Under the pieces are notes generated by a model. That model searched no databases and was not told the DNA's origin. It worked only from the letters and a program-made list of their open reading frames with translations. A stretch of DNA of 63,583 nucleotides, counting the filler, from Octopus bimaculoides (taxonomy: Eukaryota): assembly GCF_001194135.2 (NCBI RefSeq). It is 6 parts of 4 records of this genome, joined end to end, with 100 filler letters (N's around TTAATTAATTAA, not from the genome) between each part and the next. Parts side by side here need not be neighbours in the genome. Positions count along the whole stretch, not along the records: positions 28,662 to 43,551 come from NC_068991.1; positions 43,652 to 55,419 come from NC_068986.1; 4 more parts are not named here. One strand, 5' to 3'. Below are positions 38,674 to 51,201 of this stretch, in pieces. Each line of letters begins with the position of its first letter. Within the stretch, counting starts at the first letter, position 1. The position numbers were made by a program, and so were the translations under genes.

Positions 38674-41600
38674 TAGTTTCTACTTTAGGCACAAAGCCAG
38701 CAGTTTTGAAAGGAGGGAGTCAGTTATTTATATCAAATCCAGTATTAGAAGGATACTATATTTTATTGATCCTGAAGGGTATGAAAGGCAGAGTTGAACT
38801 CAAAACACAAGGAACCAGAAGTATTACTACAAGTTTTTTTTTTAGGTCTTTTTTTTTTTTGTGTCTGTGTGAGTGTGATATTTTAATGATTTTACCAATC
38901 TACTGTCCTAAATAATTGTTTCTAACATAGGCACATGGCCTGAAATTTGGGAGAAGGGGTTAGGTGGGACTAGCATCCTAATTCTTGACAAGTAGTTGAT
39001 TTTATCAAGCATGTAAAAGAATGAAAGTCAAGGCTGACCTCAGCAGGAATTGAACATAAAATGTAAAGAGCCAAAACAAATACTGCAAACCAATGTTTCC
39101 AACAATGAAATGAGTCTGCCCATCCCCCCACTTAACTTAATGACAATGTTTCTAATTTAGGCACAAGTCCAGCAGTTTTGAAGGGAAGGGTTAATACATA
39201 TTATCAAGCCCTGTATTTTTATTGACCCTGGTGGGAGAAAAGCAAGGTAGACCCAAATGGGATTTGATCTTTGAATGTTACATCAACCCCAGTGCATGAC
39301 TGGTACTGTATTTTATCAACTCCAAAAACATGAAGGCAAAGTTGATCACAGTGGGATTTGAACTCAGAAAGAAAAGAACCAGAAGAAATGCTGCTAAACA
39401 TTTGGAGAGATGAATCCAAATGTTGTAATCCAAATCCAAATGCTGTAATTCATACACACACACACTAATGTCTCCAGCCCAACCATTTTAGAATAATGAT
39501 AATTGTCTCTAATTTAAATAGAAGGCCAACAATTTTGACTGAAAGATGGGGGGGGNNNNNNNNNNGGGGGGGGGGGTGTCAATACTTTCAACTCCAGTAC
39601 TTGAACTGTTACTTTATTTCAACAACCGTCAAGAGATGAAAGGCAAAGTTGACCTCAGCAGGAAAAGAATCCAAAATGCAAAGCGCTGGAAGAAATATCA
39701 CAAGGCATTTTCCTTACATTCTAATTATTCTACCAACTCCATAAGCACAAGACCAATAAGGATGAAAAGTAATGTTGACTTAGGTGGGATCTGAACCCAG
39801 AAACATAAAGAACAGTAACCAAATACTACATTGCATTTTATCTGGTGCTCTGATGATGATAATGATCATCATCGTCATCATTTAATGTCCGCTTTCCATG
39901 CTAGCATGGGTTGGACGATTTGACTGGGGACTGGTGATGCCAATTTTTAACTTAGGTACAGGGCCACAATATGGGTGAAAAAACAGATGTGAAAAATGCC
40001 TCCAGTTCTTGACAGCTGCTTTATTTCTAACTGAACACCAATCCAGAAGAATGAATCTTAAATTCAACTTCACCAGGATTTGAGCCAAAATGTAAAAGAG
40101 GATTTATCTGGCATTCTACCAATTCTTGCTAACATAACCACAAAGCCACAAATTAGTAAATTATTAAATTGACCCAGTATGTTATTTCTACTTTCTTCAT
40201 TGAACCAGGACGGATGGAACTTCAGGTCGATCCTGACAGGATTTGAATAAAGCTCAGGAAAACAAATGACACAAGACACTTTGCCGTATGTTTCACCAAT
40301 TCTGCCCTTCCAGCACTCCATTATCCACTGAGACTCCAATATATAAGCATAATTATTTCTACACTAAGCACAAGGTCTTAAAATTTTTGGGGAAAAGGGG
40401 ATTGTTGATTACATCGACCCCAGTGCATAAGTGGTACTTATTTCATTGACCATGAAAGGTTGAAAGTCAACCTTGATGGAATTTGAACTCAGAACGTAGT
40501 GGCAGACAAAGTACCGCAAAGCATTTTGCCTGGCGTGCTAACGATTCTGCCAGCTCACCACCCTAATATATAAGCATAATGCCACAAGGTTGCAGTCACC
40601 TTAAATGGCCTCAGTATATTACCGGTATTTTCTTCGATGTCCTCAGAAGGATGGAAGGCAATGTCAACTCTCTTCCCCACCTCCTTGACTGAATTTCATT
40701 GCAGAACTTAATGGTATTTCACTTGATACCTCTCTAACACTTTACTGACCTCTCACACTGTAATAATAATAATTCTTATGCACAAGGCTTTAGATTTGGG
40801 GGTGATGGAATAGTAAGTTACATCCATCCCAATAAGAAGTTTTTTTTTTTTTTTTTTTTTGCCCTGCCCCCAGGATGAAAGGTAAATGGAATTTGAACTC
40901 AGAACACAAATAGATGTAATTAACACATTGTAGCTTGTTTTCCCTGCTACTGAGTCAAAGAATAATGGTTTCCAACATAGATAGAGGTTTAGAAAATGGG
41001 AAAGAATAATTAGACGATTGAATCAACCCAAGTATTTCACTGGTACTTCATTTTATAAAATGCAGAACAAATGACAAGCAAAGTTGAGTTTGGTGTAATT
41101 TGAATTCAGAATGAGAAAAAGCGAGATGAAATGCCGTAGGGCATTACATTTGGCACTCTAACGAGCCTCCCTATCCACTATCATAATAACAGTGTTTAAT
41201 TTAGGGATAAGGCCAGACATTTTGAAGGGATGTAGCCATCTGGTTCACCAGTCCTCAGTCAAATCGTCCAACCCATGCTAGCATGGAAAGCGGACGTTAA
41301 ACAATGATGATGAAGTTAAGGAACACCTTTGACTCTACTACTGAACTGATACTTTATTTTTATTGACCCCCAGAGGAATGTTGATGCTGGTAAGATTGGG
41401 ATTCAGAAACAGAATAAAGAACAGAAATATATCTCACAAGGCATTTCGTCCAACCTTCTTCCAATTCTGCCAATCCCTAGCTTTCATTTCGAATTTAGAC
41501 ACAAAACCAGCAATTAGAAGGAAGAGAGCAGTTGATTACATTGACTGCCTCCTCCAGTAATTGTACGGTATTATATCAACCCCAGAGGAATAAAAATTGA

Positions 41601-41868
41601 AGTCTAACTCAGTGGGGTTTGAATTCAGAATATAAAGAATCAGAGGAAATATCACTGCATTCTTTATGACACTAATGATTCTACCAACCCCCACCCTAAG
41701 CTTAAGAATAATTATTTCTGATTTAAGTACAAGGCCAGCAATTCTAAGAGGAAGAAGTTAATTAACACCACCAAGCCCAGTACTTAACTATTTTCTCAAT
41801 TCCAGAAGCAAAGCTGACATCAGTGCTGTTTAAACTCAGAAAAGAGCAGCAGCAGCAGCAGCAGCAGC

Positions 41869-41912
<44 letters not shown>

Positions 41913-42155
41913 TGATGATGATGATGATGATGATTTCAGATTTTGGCAGAAGGCCAGTAAGTTCAGAAGAGGGAAGGGTTAAGTCGATTAGATCAATCCC
42001 AGTGCTCAACTGGTATTTATTTTGTGGACCCCGAAAGGATGAAAGGCAAAGTCGACCTCAGCAGAATTTGAACCCAGAACATGAAGATGGACAAAATGCC
42101 GCTAAGCATTTTTTCCTTGCATGCTAACAATTCTGCCAGCTCATTGCCTTATAAT

Positions 42156-42195
<40 letters not shown>

Positions 42196-42729
42196 CCTTT
42201 CTAATTTTGGTACAAGGCTAGCAATTTTGAGAGGAGGGGGCAAGTTGATTACATCAACCACCCCAGTATTTGATTGGTACCTTATATTATCAAACTTGAG
42301 AGGATGAAAGGCAAAGTTGACCTCGGCAGTATTTGAGCTCAGAATTTAGGTACAGAGCCAGTAGTTTTGAGAGAAGTTGATAACACTGATCCTTAATAGT
42401 TTGACTCTTATCAATTTTATCAATGCTGAAAGGAAAAAAAGGTTAACTGTGGTGGGATTTTAACCCAGATATAAAAACTGGAATATCACAAGTCATTTTA
42501 TCTGGTGCTCTAATGATTCTGCTAGTCTACCACCGTATACGATGATAATGATGATGATGATGATCATCATCATCATCATTATTATAATAACACAAAGAAG
42601 AAAAAGAAAAATTTCTTAACACTAAGAGACTATTTCTGCATATTTTTTAGAGGAGAAGGGTTTCGATGTTATGCAAATACTTGCACATGGGATCACTCAC
42701 ACACACACAAAAACAAACAATACTACAAC

Positions 42730-42765
<36 letters not shown>

Positions 42766-43243
42766 TAATAATAAAATGAATAATAATAATTGTTTGAAAT
42801 TTTTAGCACAAAGCCGGAAATTTTGAAAGGAGGGGCAAGTCCATTTACGCTGACCCCCAGCCCTTGACTGGTAATTTATTTTATTGGCCCTGAAACGATG
42901 AAAGTCAAAGTCGACCTCAGCAGGGTTTGAACTCAAACTGTAAAGAGCCAAAAGAAATGCCACTAAGCATTTTGTCTGACACACTTAACAATTCTGCTTA
43001 AACAATGATGATGATGATAATAATAATAATAATAATAATTCTTTCTACTGTGGGCCTCAAGGCCTGAAATTTTTGGGGAAAGAGGGGCAAGTTGATTACA
43101 TCGATTCCAGTGTGCAGCTGGAGCTTATTTTATTGACCCCCAAAAGGATGAAAGGCAAGGTAGAATTTGAACCCAAAACATGAAGCTTGAAGAAATGCTA
43201 AGCATTTTGTCCCAAATATTAACGATTCTGCCAGCCCGCTGCC

Positions 43244-43250
<7 letters not shown>
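36370..43250 (-). mobile_element. Cluster of about 20 diverged, co-oriented family B SINE copies separated by (AAT)n/(GAT)n
   Basis: Repeated ggatgaaaggcaaagt..ggaatttgaactcagaa motifs, all in the same orientation (counted by eye). Confidence 0.85.
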
Positions 43251-43284
<34 letters not shown>

Positions 43285-43390
43285 GGAGGGTATTGTAGTT
43301 CGCTTGAAGCATTGTGTATTGTTTGTAAAGAATAAAAAGTTTAGGAAGGTATAACAATGCACTATAGAACAAAAAATGGACTATATACCT

Positions 43391-43551
43391 GTTGTAACTT
43401 GGTAAACTATAGTCCGATGATATTTCGGAATTAGAATTCCTTCTTCAGATCTTATTTGCTGACGTCTCTGCTATAAACTCCAGCAAATAAGATCTGAAGA
43501 AGGAATTCTAATTCCGAAATATCATCGGACTATAGTTTACCAAGTTACAAC
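43391..43551. repeat. Perfect palindrome (71-bp arms, 19-bp spacer) carrying a minimal hammerhead-like motif in each arm
   Basis: + strand 43491-43526: gat-CTGAAGA-a-ggaatt(ct)aattcc-GAAAT-ATC-atc, mirrored at 43416-43451. Confidence 0.75.
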
Positions 43552-43651
43552 NNNNNNNNNNNNNNNNNNNNNNNNNNNNNNNNNNNNNNNNNNNNTTAAT
43601 TAATTAANNNNNNNNNNNNNNNNNNNNNNNNNNNNNNNNNNNNNNNNNNNN

Positions 43652-43825
43652 TGTATATTCCATATCCCATATTGGTTTTGCAGGAATATAAATAAAGCAT
43701 AAAAAACAGACAGTGTTGGAACTCTTTTAAACAAAATAATATATATATATATATATTCCAACACTGTCTGTTTTTTATGCTTTATTTATATTCCTGCAAA
43801 ACCAATATGGGATATGGAATATACA
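43652..43825. repeat. Perfect palindrome (70-bp arms, 34-bp spacer) at contig start
   Basis: 43652-43721 is the reverse complement of 43756-43825. Confidence 0.85.
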
Positions 43826-44092
43826 ATATAATATATGGTACTATGAAATATATATATATATACGACGGGCTTCTCTCAGTTTTCGTCTACCAAATCCATT
43901 CATAAGACTTTGGTCAGCCTGAAATCTAGGGTAGGAGACACTTGCCCAAGGTGCCATGCAGTAGGACTGAACCCGGAACCATGCGGTTTGTAAGCAAGCT
44001 TCTAACCACACAGCTACTCCTGATATAATTTTTTTAATGATTATATCAGTGGCTAGCGTATAAAACATAACATTATCGGTAGTAAAGTTAAT

Positions 44093-44285
44093 TTTTAAGT
44101 ATATAATTATAATTATAATTACAATTAAGGGCTCTAGGATGTCAGCCCCCATACGCTAAAAATAGATGTCAAATACCTACAATCCACTCTAAATGGTAGA
44201 ATTGTAGGTATTTGGCATCTACTTCTAGCGAACAGGTGCTGGCATTCCAGAACCCTTAATTATAATTATAATTATATACTTAAAA
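44093..44285. repeat. Imperfect palindrome (~90-bp arms, 17-bp spacer)
   Basis: ttttaagtatataatt..caaatacctacaat vs attgtaggtatttgg..aattatatacttaaaa. Confidence 0.75.
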
Positions 44286-45074
44286 GTGTGTGTGTGTGTG
44301 TGTGTGTGTGTTTCTGTATGTGTTTTGTTCCCTACCACTACAAGACAACCGGTATTGTTTTATTTACGTCCCTGTAACAAAGCTCTTCAGCATAAAACTG
44401 CAATAGAAATAAGTAACAGGTTTAAAAGCAAGAACCGGGATCGAGTTGATCGACGAAACCCTTAAGGCGGTGCCCCAGCATGGGCGAGGCCAAACGCGTG
44501 AAACAAGTGAAAGACAACAACTGCATGTATGTGTGTTCGCGTCCGCGTGTTGTTTTATGTTTGCGTGTGCGCGCATCTAATTCGTATGACTTTGAAGACT
44601 ACATGTGTAGACGCAAAACGGTTTCCTGGTGGAGACATCTGCATTCTGAAACAAGAGAGATGTGAATAATCTGACAGGAACTACATCAAGTGTTACCTCT
44701 TAATAATGCCATGCGTCTTAACTACCTCATTATATATTCGCGTCAGTTACTTTATTGTTAACCTAAATATTTAACAATATTAAAAATCGAATTTTTCATT
44801 TAACATCGTTTCATTGACGGATATACACACTGAGGGATGTCTGGGACAATATGTTCTGGCGTGCAAACTGCAAAATGAATAAATAAATCTAAATTAAATT
44901 TATATCTGTATAGAGGAGACAAGAATATTCATTTAACATTCTTGCATTTTCGACCGTATACATGCTACAGAAAGTTTGAGGTATATGGTCTGACGCGCAA
45001 ATAGCAAAATTAAACAATAAATCGACAGCAGAGCCGAGAGTAAATATTAAATATACATACATATAAATGTGTAC

Positions 45075-45140
<66 letters not shown>

Positions 45141-45169
45141 ATGTATACTAAAAAGCCAAAAATTACGAA

Positions 45170-45810
45170 CTAGATTATAACAGTGATATAGCAATTTATG
45201 TAAACCTCCTGCCTTCGGATTTCACCACAGATGCAAGGCAACTCCGGAATTTGGTGCATGAGTTCCTCATTATGTCCCCACCCCCGGAAGATCTTCGAAC
45301 ATTCATTGATTTTGGCCATTAACTCGTCCTTCATGTTGCAGGCGGAGCGGATGTTGTCTTTCTCAACCGCACTCAATCGCGGCAATTAGGAGGCCAGAAA
45401 TAGGGTCTGGTGTGAAGTTGTAGAAATCCTCCGACAACCATTTCTGACAATTTCCGGTGGCGGCCATCGAGTAGCCACCCTCTTCAGCCAGGGTTTAACC
45501 ACAGTCTACAACGCTTCACATAGCCATCGGAATTGAGTCCAAGGCCCTATTCAAAGATCTGGGAATAAACGTCGGCGTGCTGATGAAGTCAGCGTGCCTG
45601 CACTGTCTTTTCTTGCTCTCCACGGTTTCGTACTCTCCGTGGCAATCGCCCATGATATTTATTACAGCCTTAACAGTGTTAACAGAGCATTGAGCAGCAG
45701 TTATAATACCGGCATTTTGATACCCGGCGCGAATTATCATGCTAAAGGCAATTCTTTTCCAATATGTCAACTAACATTTTCTCAACTACGACTTTAATCT
45801 TTTATGCTCT
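45170..45810 (-). mobile_element. Second DD37D-type Tc1/mariner relic, internally deleted
   Basis: YWKRIAFSMIIRAGYQNAGI and AVEKDNIRSACNMKDELMAKINE parallel the 23.7-24.4 kb copy; shared upstream tttaatcttttatgctctccaa. Confidence 0.75.
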
Positions 45811-48587
45811 CCAATGCAATTTACTATTCAGGAATACATCCAGATTTTCCTGAAAAAGGGGGAGAAAAAAATGATACCTGCTCTTGTAAAATAGGTGTGC
45901 ATCTTATACAAGAGTGCATCAAGTATACCCCAGTATATACATCAATAAACCAAAACAGAATGCACAAAGTTGAATTGAGAGAAAGTATAACAGAAATAGA
46001 AGAGAAAATAAGTCATCATAATAAAATAATTTAATTTGGATTAAGTTGATACAAGCCAAGATACTACTAAATAGGCATCTACGAGAAATAATAACTACAC
46101 ACAACAGAGCATTCCAAGAAATGATTTCGTGAAAGTCAACTGAAATACCAAACTAAATGACAGGATTTACACAATAATCATTATGGTATCGATATATGTC
46201 AGAAAGTTATCAGGGTAACCTTAGTTAATTAGGAACATCGCAAGTTATTATTAAAATCAAAAGTTATAATAAAAGCTACACTACATTGGAAAGTGCTGTA
46301 AGAAAAGCAGATAATATAATATAAACTCTCAGCTTTTCGAATATCAAAGCAGAAAATACATACTATCTATTAAGGTTATGAAGTTGAGCCTTCATTGCAA
46401 TACTGACCAGAAATGCAATATTGCTGGTTAATATATTCGACTTTTTACTTTGTTCTAATTGTTAGTTTTTTATAATTTATTGATCCTATATGACTATTTC
46501 CATGTTCATGTTTCCAGCTGTTACATAATATATTAGATTTACACATGTTACGTTTCTCTCCCCATTTAAGTTACGGTAAATTTATTGTAATTGCAGGTTT
46601 GCAATCTAAATTTTGAGGATGTTCTTGTCTATGAAGATACCAATTTGACTAACAAATTCAACCAAGTTCTCCTGATTACATCTGAACATTTGCTACATTC
46701 AAAGGTTTCTAAGCACCATAGAGTTCAATAATGGTTTGTTTATGTTCCACTCCCTAGAATACTACTGATGCTATTCCCCATAATAAAATCAATGATGACC
46801 TAAAGACATCTATAAAATGTAAAATGCGTGTGGTAGACAGACAGTTAACAATTGACAATAAAAGAAAAACTCCAGACATGACAGAATCAGATCAATCGGA
46901 AGGACTCCAGAGCGCTAAAGGCAACAAGAAAAGAAATAACGATATCTGATACCGTATATATTACATAGTTCAGACACCATAATTAGGAAATAAACTGGAA
47001 TATGGAATCTATCCTGAAGAAGGGATATGTGTACGATATATACTGGGTACCATAGTTGTGTCTTCTCAGAGAGCAGTATAATTCCAAGAATATTGGTGTC
47101 GTAAAAAAGAGATTTCGCCAAAGCATTGAATTTTATGTTCTTTATTAAGCATTTTTATATTTTGTTGCTTTTTTTATATAGAACGTTGTGACTGAATAAG
47201 AAATGCTTCCATCCATATGGTGGCTCTAAGCAGATATTAGTGATCTGAGGAAAACAGGTAGCTCGTAGTACAGAGACAAGGTGAGCCAGAAGAACTCTAG
47301 GGTTTCGCAGACGAGCAATCAAAAATGCGATATCCAATATTCGAAATTTGATAGGTGGAGCAGATTCAACATAGGTTCAGGTACCATGACTAGGAAAGAG
47401 GTTGGAATATGTAGTTTAGCCTAAAGAGCAGATAAGTGTTACTTGTATTGGATGAAATAATTTTATCTCCGAGAGAAGTATTAATTTTGGTGTTTCTCTT
47501 AGTATGAAGTCATGTTTAGCAAAGCCTGCTGGAAATGGACATCGGAGATGCTTTGTCTCACTTCGAAGCTACAGGAGTGAGTGCAAGATCTTCTGAATCC
47601 ACCGTAATGTTGATTACCCTTCCGTATGATGGGCAGATATCGCAAGGTCACTAATGTTTCGCTCTTTAGCTTGTCACCTTTACTTGAATGGGGGCTGCAG
47701 GGACTAAATTAGTACTGAACCGTTGAAGGATTTCACCTACGGTCTCTTGTCTATCAGAGCACTCGTGAGCTGATTTAGCTGCCATGACTACCGCTTTTGC
47801 GGCTTTTCAAGTACCTCAGTGTCATGGGGAGAAATTTGAACAACATATTGAATTTAATTATTCTTTATTAGACATTTTCAAATTTAATTTTTCTTTGATA
47901 TAGCGTCCGGTAATTGAAAATGAAATGAAGAAAAAAACATTCATCCAGGCAATCATTCAATACAGCTATGAGTGATTGTTGTAGAGAGGCTCATGTTGCG
48001 AATCGAAGAGGACAACATTACAAACGATTTGAGAGGAAAGTCTTCTGAGAAATCTATCAAAGATTTTGTGACTCCACGCGAAAATATATTCTACCAGGAA
48101 CTTGTAAGGATTTGTGGCACAGAGGTGTGCAGATGGGATCTAGTGAAATTTGAACTTACATTCAGAGGGTAAAGCTAAACCAGATACTTTAGCACATTAT
48201 TATTCTAGGCATGGCTGTGTGGATCAGAAGCTTGCTTTGCAACAATGTGGTTACGGGTTCAACGCCATAAAGAGAGTATCTTGCACAAATAACTTCTACT
48301 ATAGTCCCAGACCGAGCAATGCTTGGGGAGCGGATTTGGTAGAAGGAAAATGAGTGTTAACGTGTTGCACATAAACTTGTGCGCGCACGTGTGTTTGTGT
48401 GTGTGTGAATTATATTCGTTGTACTCGACCAAACAAACGCAGGGAAACCGGCACTACTAAAAATAAGAAATTGGTCATGGGCAATAACTCTTACTTTATA
48501 TACGATGATTGCTTTCCCTTGTAAAATGACGCGCAGTTGGTGTCACAGAAGTCTATTCACATACATGCGCACAATCGCACGAACTCG

Positions 48588-48646
<59 letters not shown>

Positions 48647-48769
48647 ACACACACACACACACACAGTGTCATATATGCATATTCACACTGAAGCGAAAAC
48701 TTGATTAATAATCAATTTTAAGAGTGGTCAATATTTGTGAAAGTCAAACGTTAATGTTGCGGAAAGTAA

Positions 48770-49295
48770 GTTCGCATGGCAGCCAATATTGCTGTAAATT
48801 ATCTTTTAGTACCAGTTACGCACTGGTGTTGATGTAATCAACTTAATCCCTTTGTCTGTCCTTGTTTGTCCCCTCTATGTTTAGCCCCTTGTGGGCAATA
48901 AAGAAATAAACGTTAGCACGCCGGACGAAATGCTTTGCGGTATTTCGTTTGCCGTTACGCTATAAGTTCAAATTCCGGCGAGGTCGACTTTGCCTTTCGT
49001 CCTTTCGGGGTCGATTAAATAAGTACCAGTTACACATTGGGGTCGATGTAATCGACTTAATCTCTTTGTCCTTGTTTGTCCCCTCTGTGTTTAGCCCCTT
49101 GTGGGCAATAAAGAAATAAATACTTAGCGCTCTTTCGTCTGACTTTACGTTCTGAGTTCAAATTCCACCGAGGTCGACTTTGCCTTTCATCCTTTCGGGG
49201 TCGATAAACTAAGTCCCAGTTGCGTACTTGGGTCGATCTAATCGACTGTCCCCCTCCCCAAAAGTTTCGGGCCTTGAGCCTAGAATAGAAAAGAA
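48770..49295 (+). mobile_element. Nested/tandem family B SINE copies, two with an alternative 3' tail (..tttagccccttgtgggcaataaagaaataa)
   Basis: Tail seen at ~48860-48910 and ~49068-49120; core repeated. Confidence 0.8.
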
Positions 49296-49599
49296 TATTC
49301 TTGGGTCACTCTATCTTTATTCACAGTACCTTTGTATGATATATTTTGGTCAATGCCAAGGTACCTGCAGCATTCTTTGTTTGAGACAGATGAGATACAC
49401 AGACAATTGATGCACAGGTTTTGTGTTTTAGGGGATGATTTTCCCCGTTCAGCATTTCTTCTGGTCAACTTCTATTCCCATGTTAGTATTAATTCCAGCT
49501 GGGATTTCTATTTCTTTGGCATTGTTAACATTTTCAATATAAATTTTAAGGTAAACACACACACACACACACACACAAAAATATGAGATAAATTAATAT

Positions 49600-49865
49600 C
49601 TCTTGCAGATCCTAGCATGTAGCGGTTTTTTTTTGTTTTGTTTTTTTGTGTAGCAGGAATGATAATGGATTTAAGGCCAAAATGAACAGAAGTACAGAGT
49701 AATTCTCCCTGGAATATTCCCGTTGAAATATTTATGGCATTGGAGACGATCGTTCCACTCTCCGTTCTATATGTGAGGATTGTGGCCCAGGGTTTTGTGA
49801 GCCTCTCAATGGCAACAATCAAGGTAGCAGGCAATTTTGACAAATGGAGACATTTCAGAAGCCAT
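49600..49865 (-). mobile_element. R4/Dong-like LINE RT fragment
   Basis: WLLKCLHLSKLPATLIVAIERLTKPWATIL..INISTGIFQGELL (GIFQGD motif region). Confidence 0.65.
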
Positions 49866-49930
49866 GTGTATGCATGCATGTATGTATGTAAGTATGTATG
49901 TATGTATGTATGTATGTATGTATGTATGTA

Positions 49931-49978
<48 letters not shown>

Positions 49979-50166
49979 TAAAACATGTATGTATATATAT
50001 NNNNNNNNNNNNNNNNNNNNNNNNNNNNNNNNNNNNNNNNNNNNNNNNNNNNNNNNNNNNNNNNNNNNNNNNNNNNNNNNNNNNNNNNNNNNNNNNNNNN
50101 NNNNNNNNNNNNNNNNNNNNNNNNNNNNNNNNNNNNNNNNNNNNNNNNNNNNNNNNNNNNNATATA

Positions 50167-50198
<32 letters not shown>

Positions 50199-51084
50199 CA
50201 CACACACACATATATATATATATACATATGTAAAACATGTATGTATGTATGTATGTATAAAACAACGTTTCAGCGTTGCTATATATTTTTCAACAACAGT
50301 TTTTTATTTAATCCTTTTTCCTTATAAAGGGATTGAAATACTTTTGTTAAAGTAACCTACATGGAAATACACACATATACACGCTGAAATTAACTTACTG
50401 TGTTTGAAATATTTCGTCTCTTACAAATATTTAATCGGCAATCTTAAACAATGACCGGAACTAATGAAGGAAGAGTTATTTCCCTTGCATTATGACGGCC
50501 ACCGGCTTATTGCAGTAACCAAGACAACGTTTCAACATTATCGTTCCGCAAAGCTATTTACAACTACACAATAAATATAATTCAAGAATAAATAAACAAT
50601 AATAATAAATAAATTGATAAAATAGCAATACATAGAAGTTCACCATTTTCTGACATCTTTCTACTCTGACCTATTTATGTAAAAACTTTTCATGGATTGT
50701 AGTAATTTAAGAGGAAAACTGCAGAGGAGGTAAGCAGCTTTAATGATACTGTAGATAGGCATTTAATCGTTTATAAATGCTGGACATATCCAGTTACATT
50801 GTAGCTATTTAACATTTGATGTGGAGAAGGAAGTACTGCAATGAGTTAAGTTATTTTTGAAAAAGAAATAATTGGTGGAATGTTATTGTGTGTGTTTATT
50901 TTGTAAATATTATTTAAATATTATTATTTTGTAAATATTATTGTGTGTGTTTATTTTGTAAATTGTTCTACGATATGGCTTTTGTGGGTAATTGAGATGA
51001 CACCGTTGACGTCCGGAACAATCCGAAGAGATCGAAAGTGAAATAAATTAATATTTCAGCTGAGGGGGAAATCAATTAACAAAT

Positions 51085-51175
<91 letters not shown>

Positions 51176-51201
51176 GTGCACGCGCGCAACTATATGTATA
51201 T

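Noticed and set aside
45840-47400. Possible LINE-derived AT-rich region
   Set aside because: No motif strong enough to assign a family by eye
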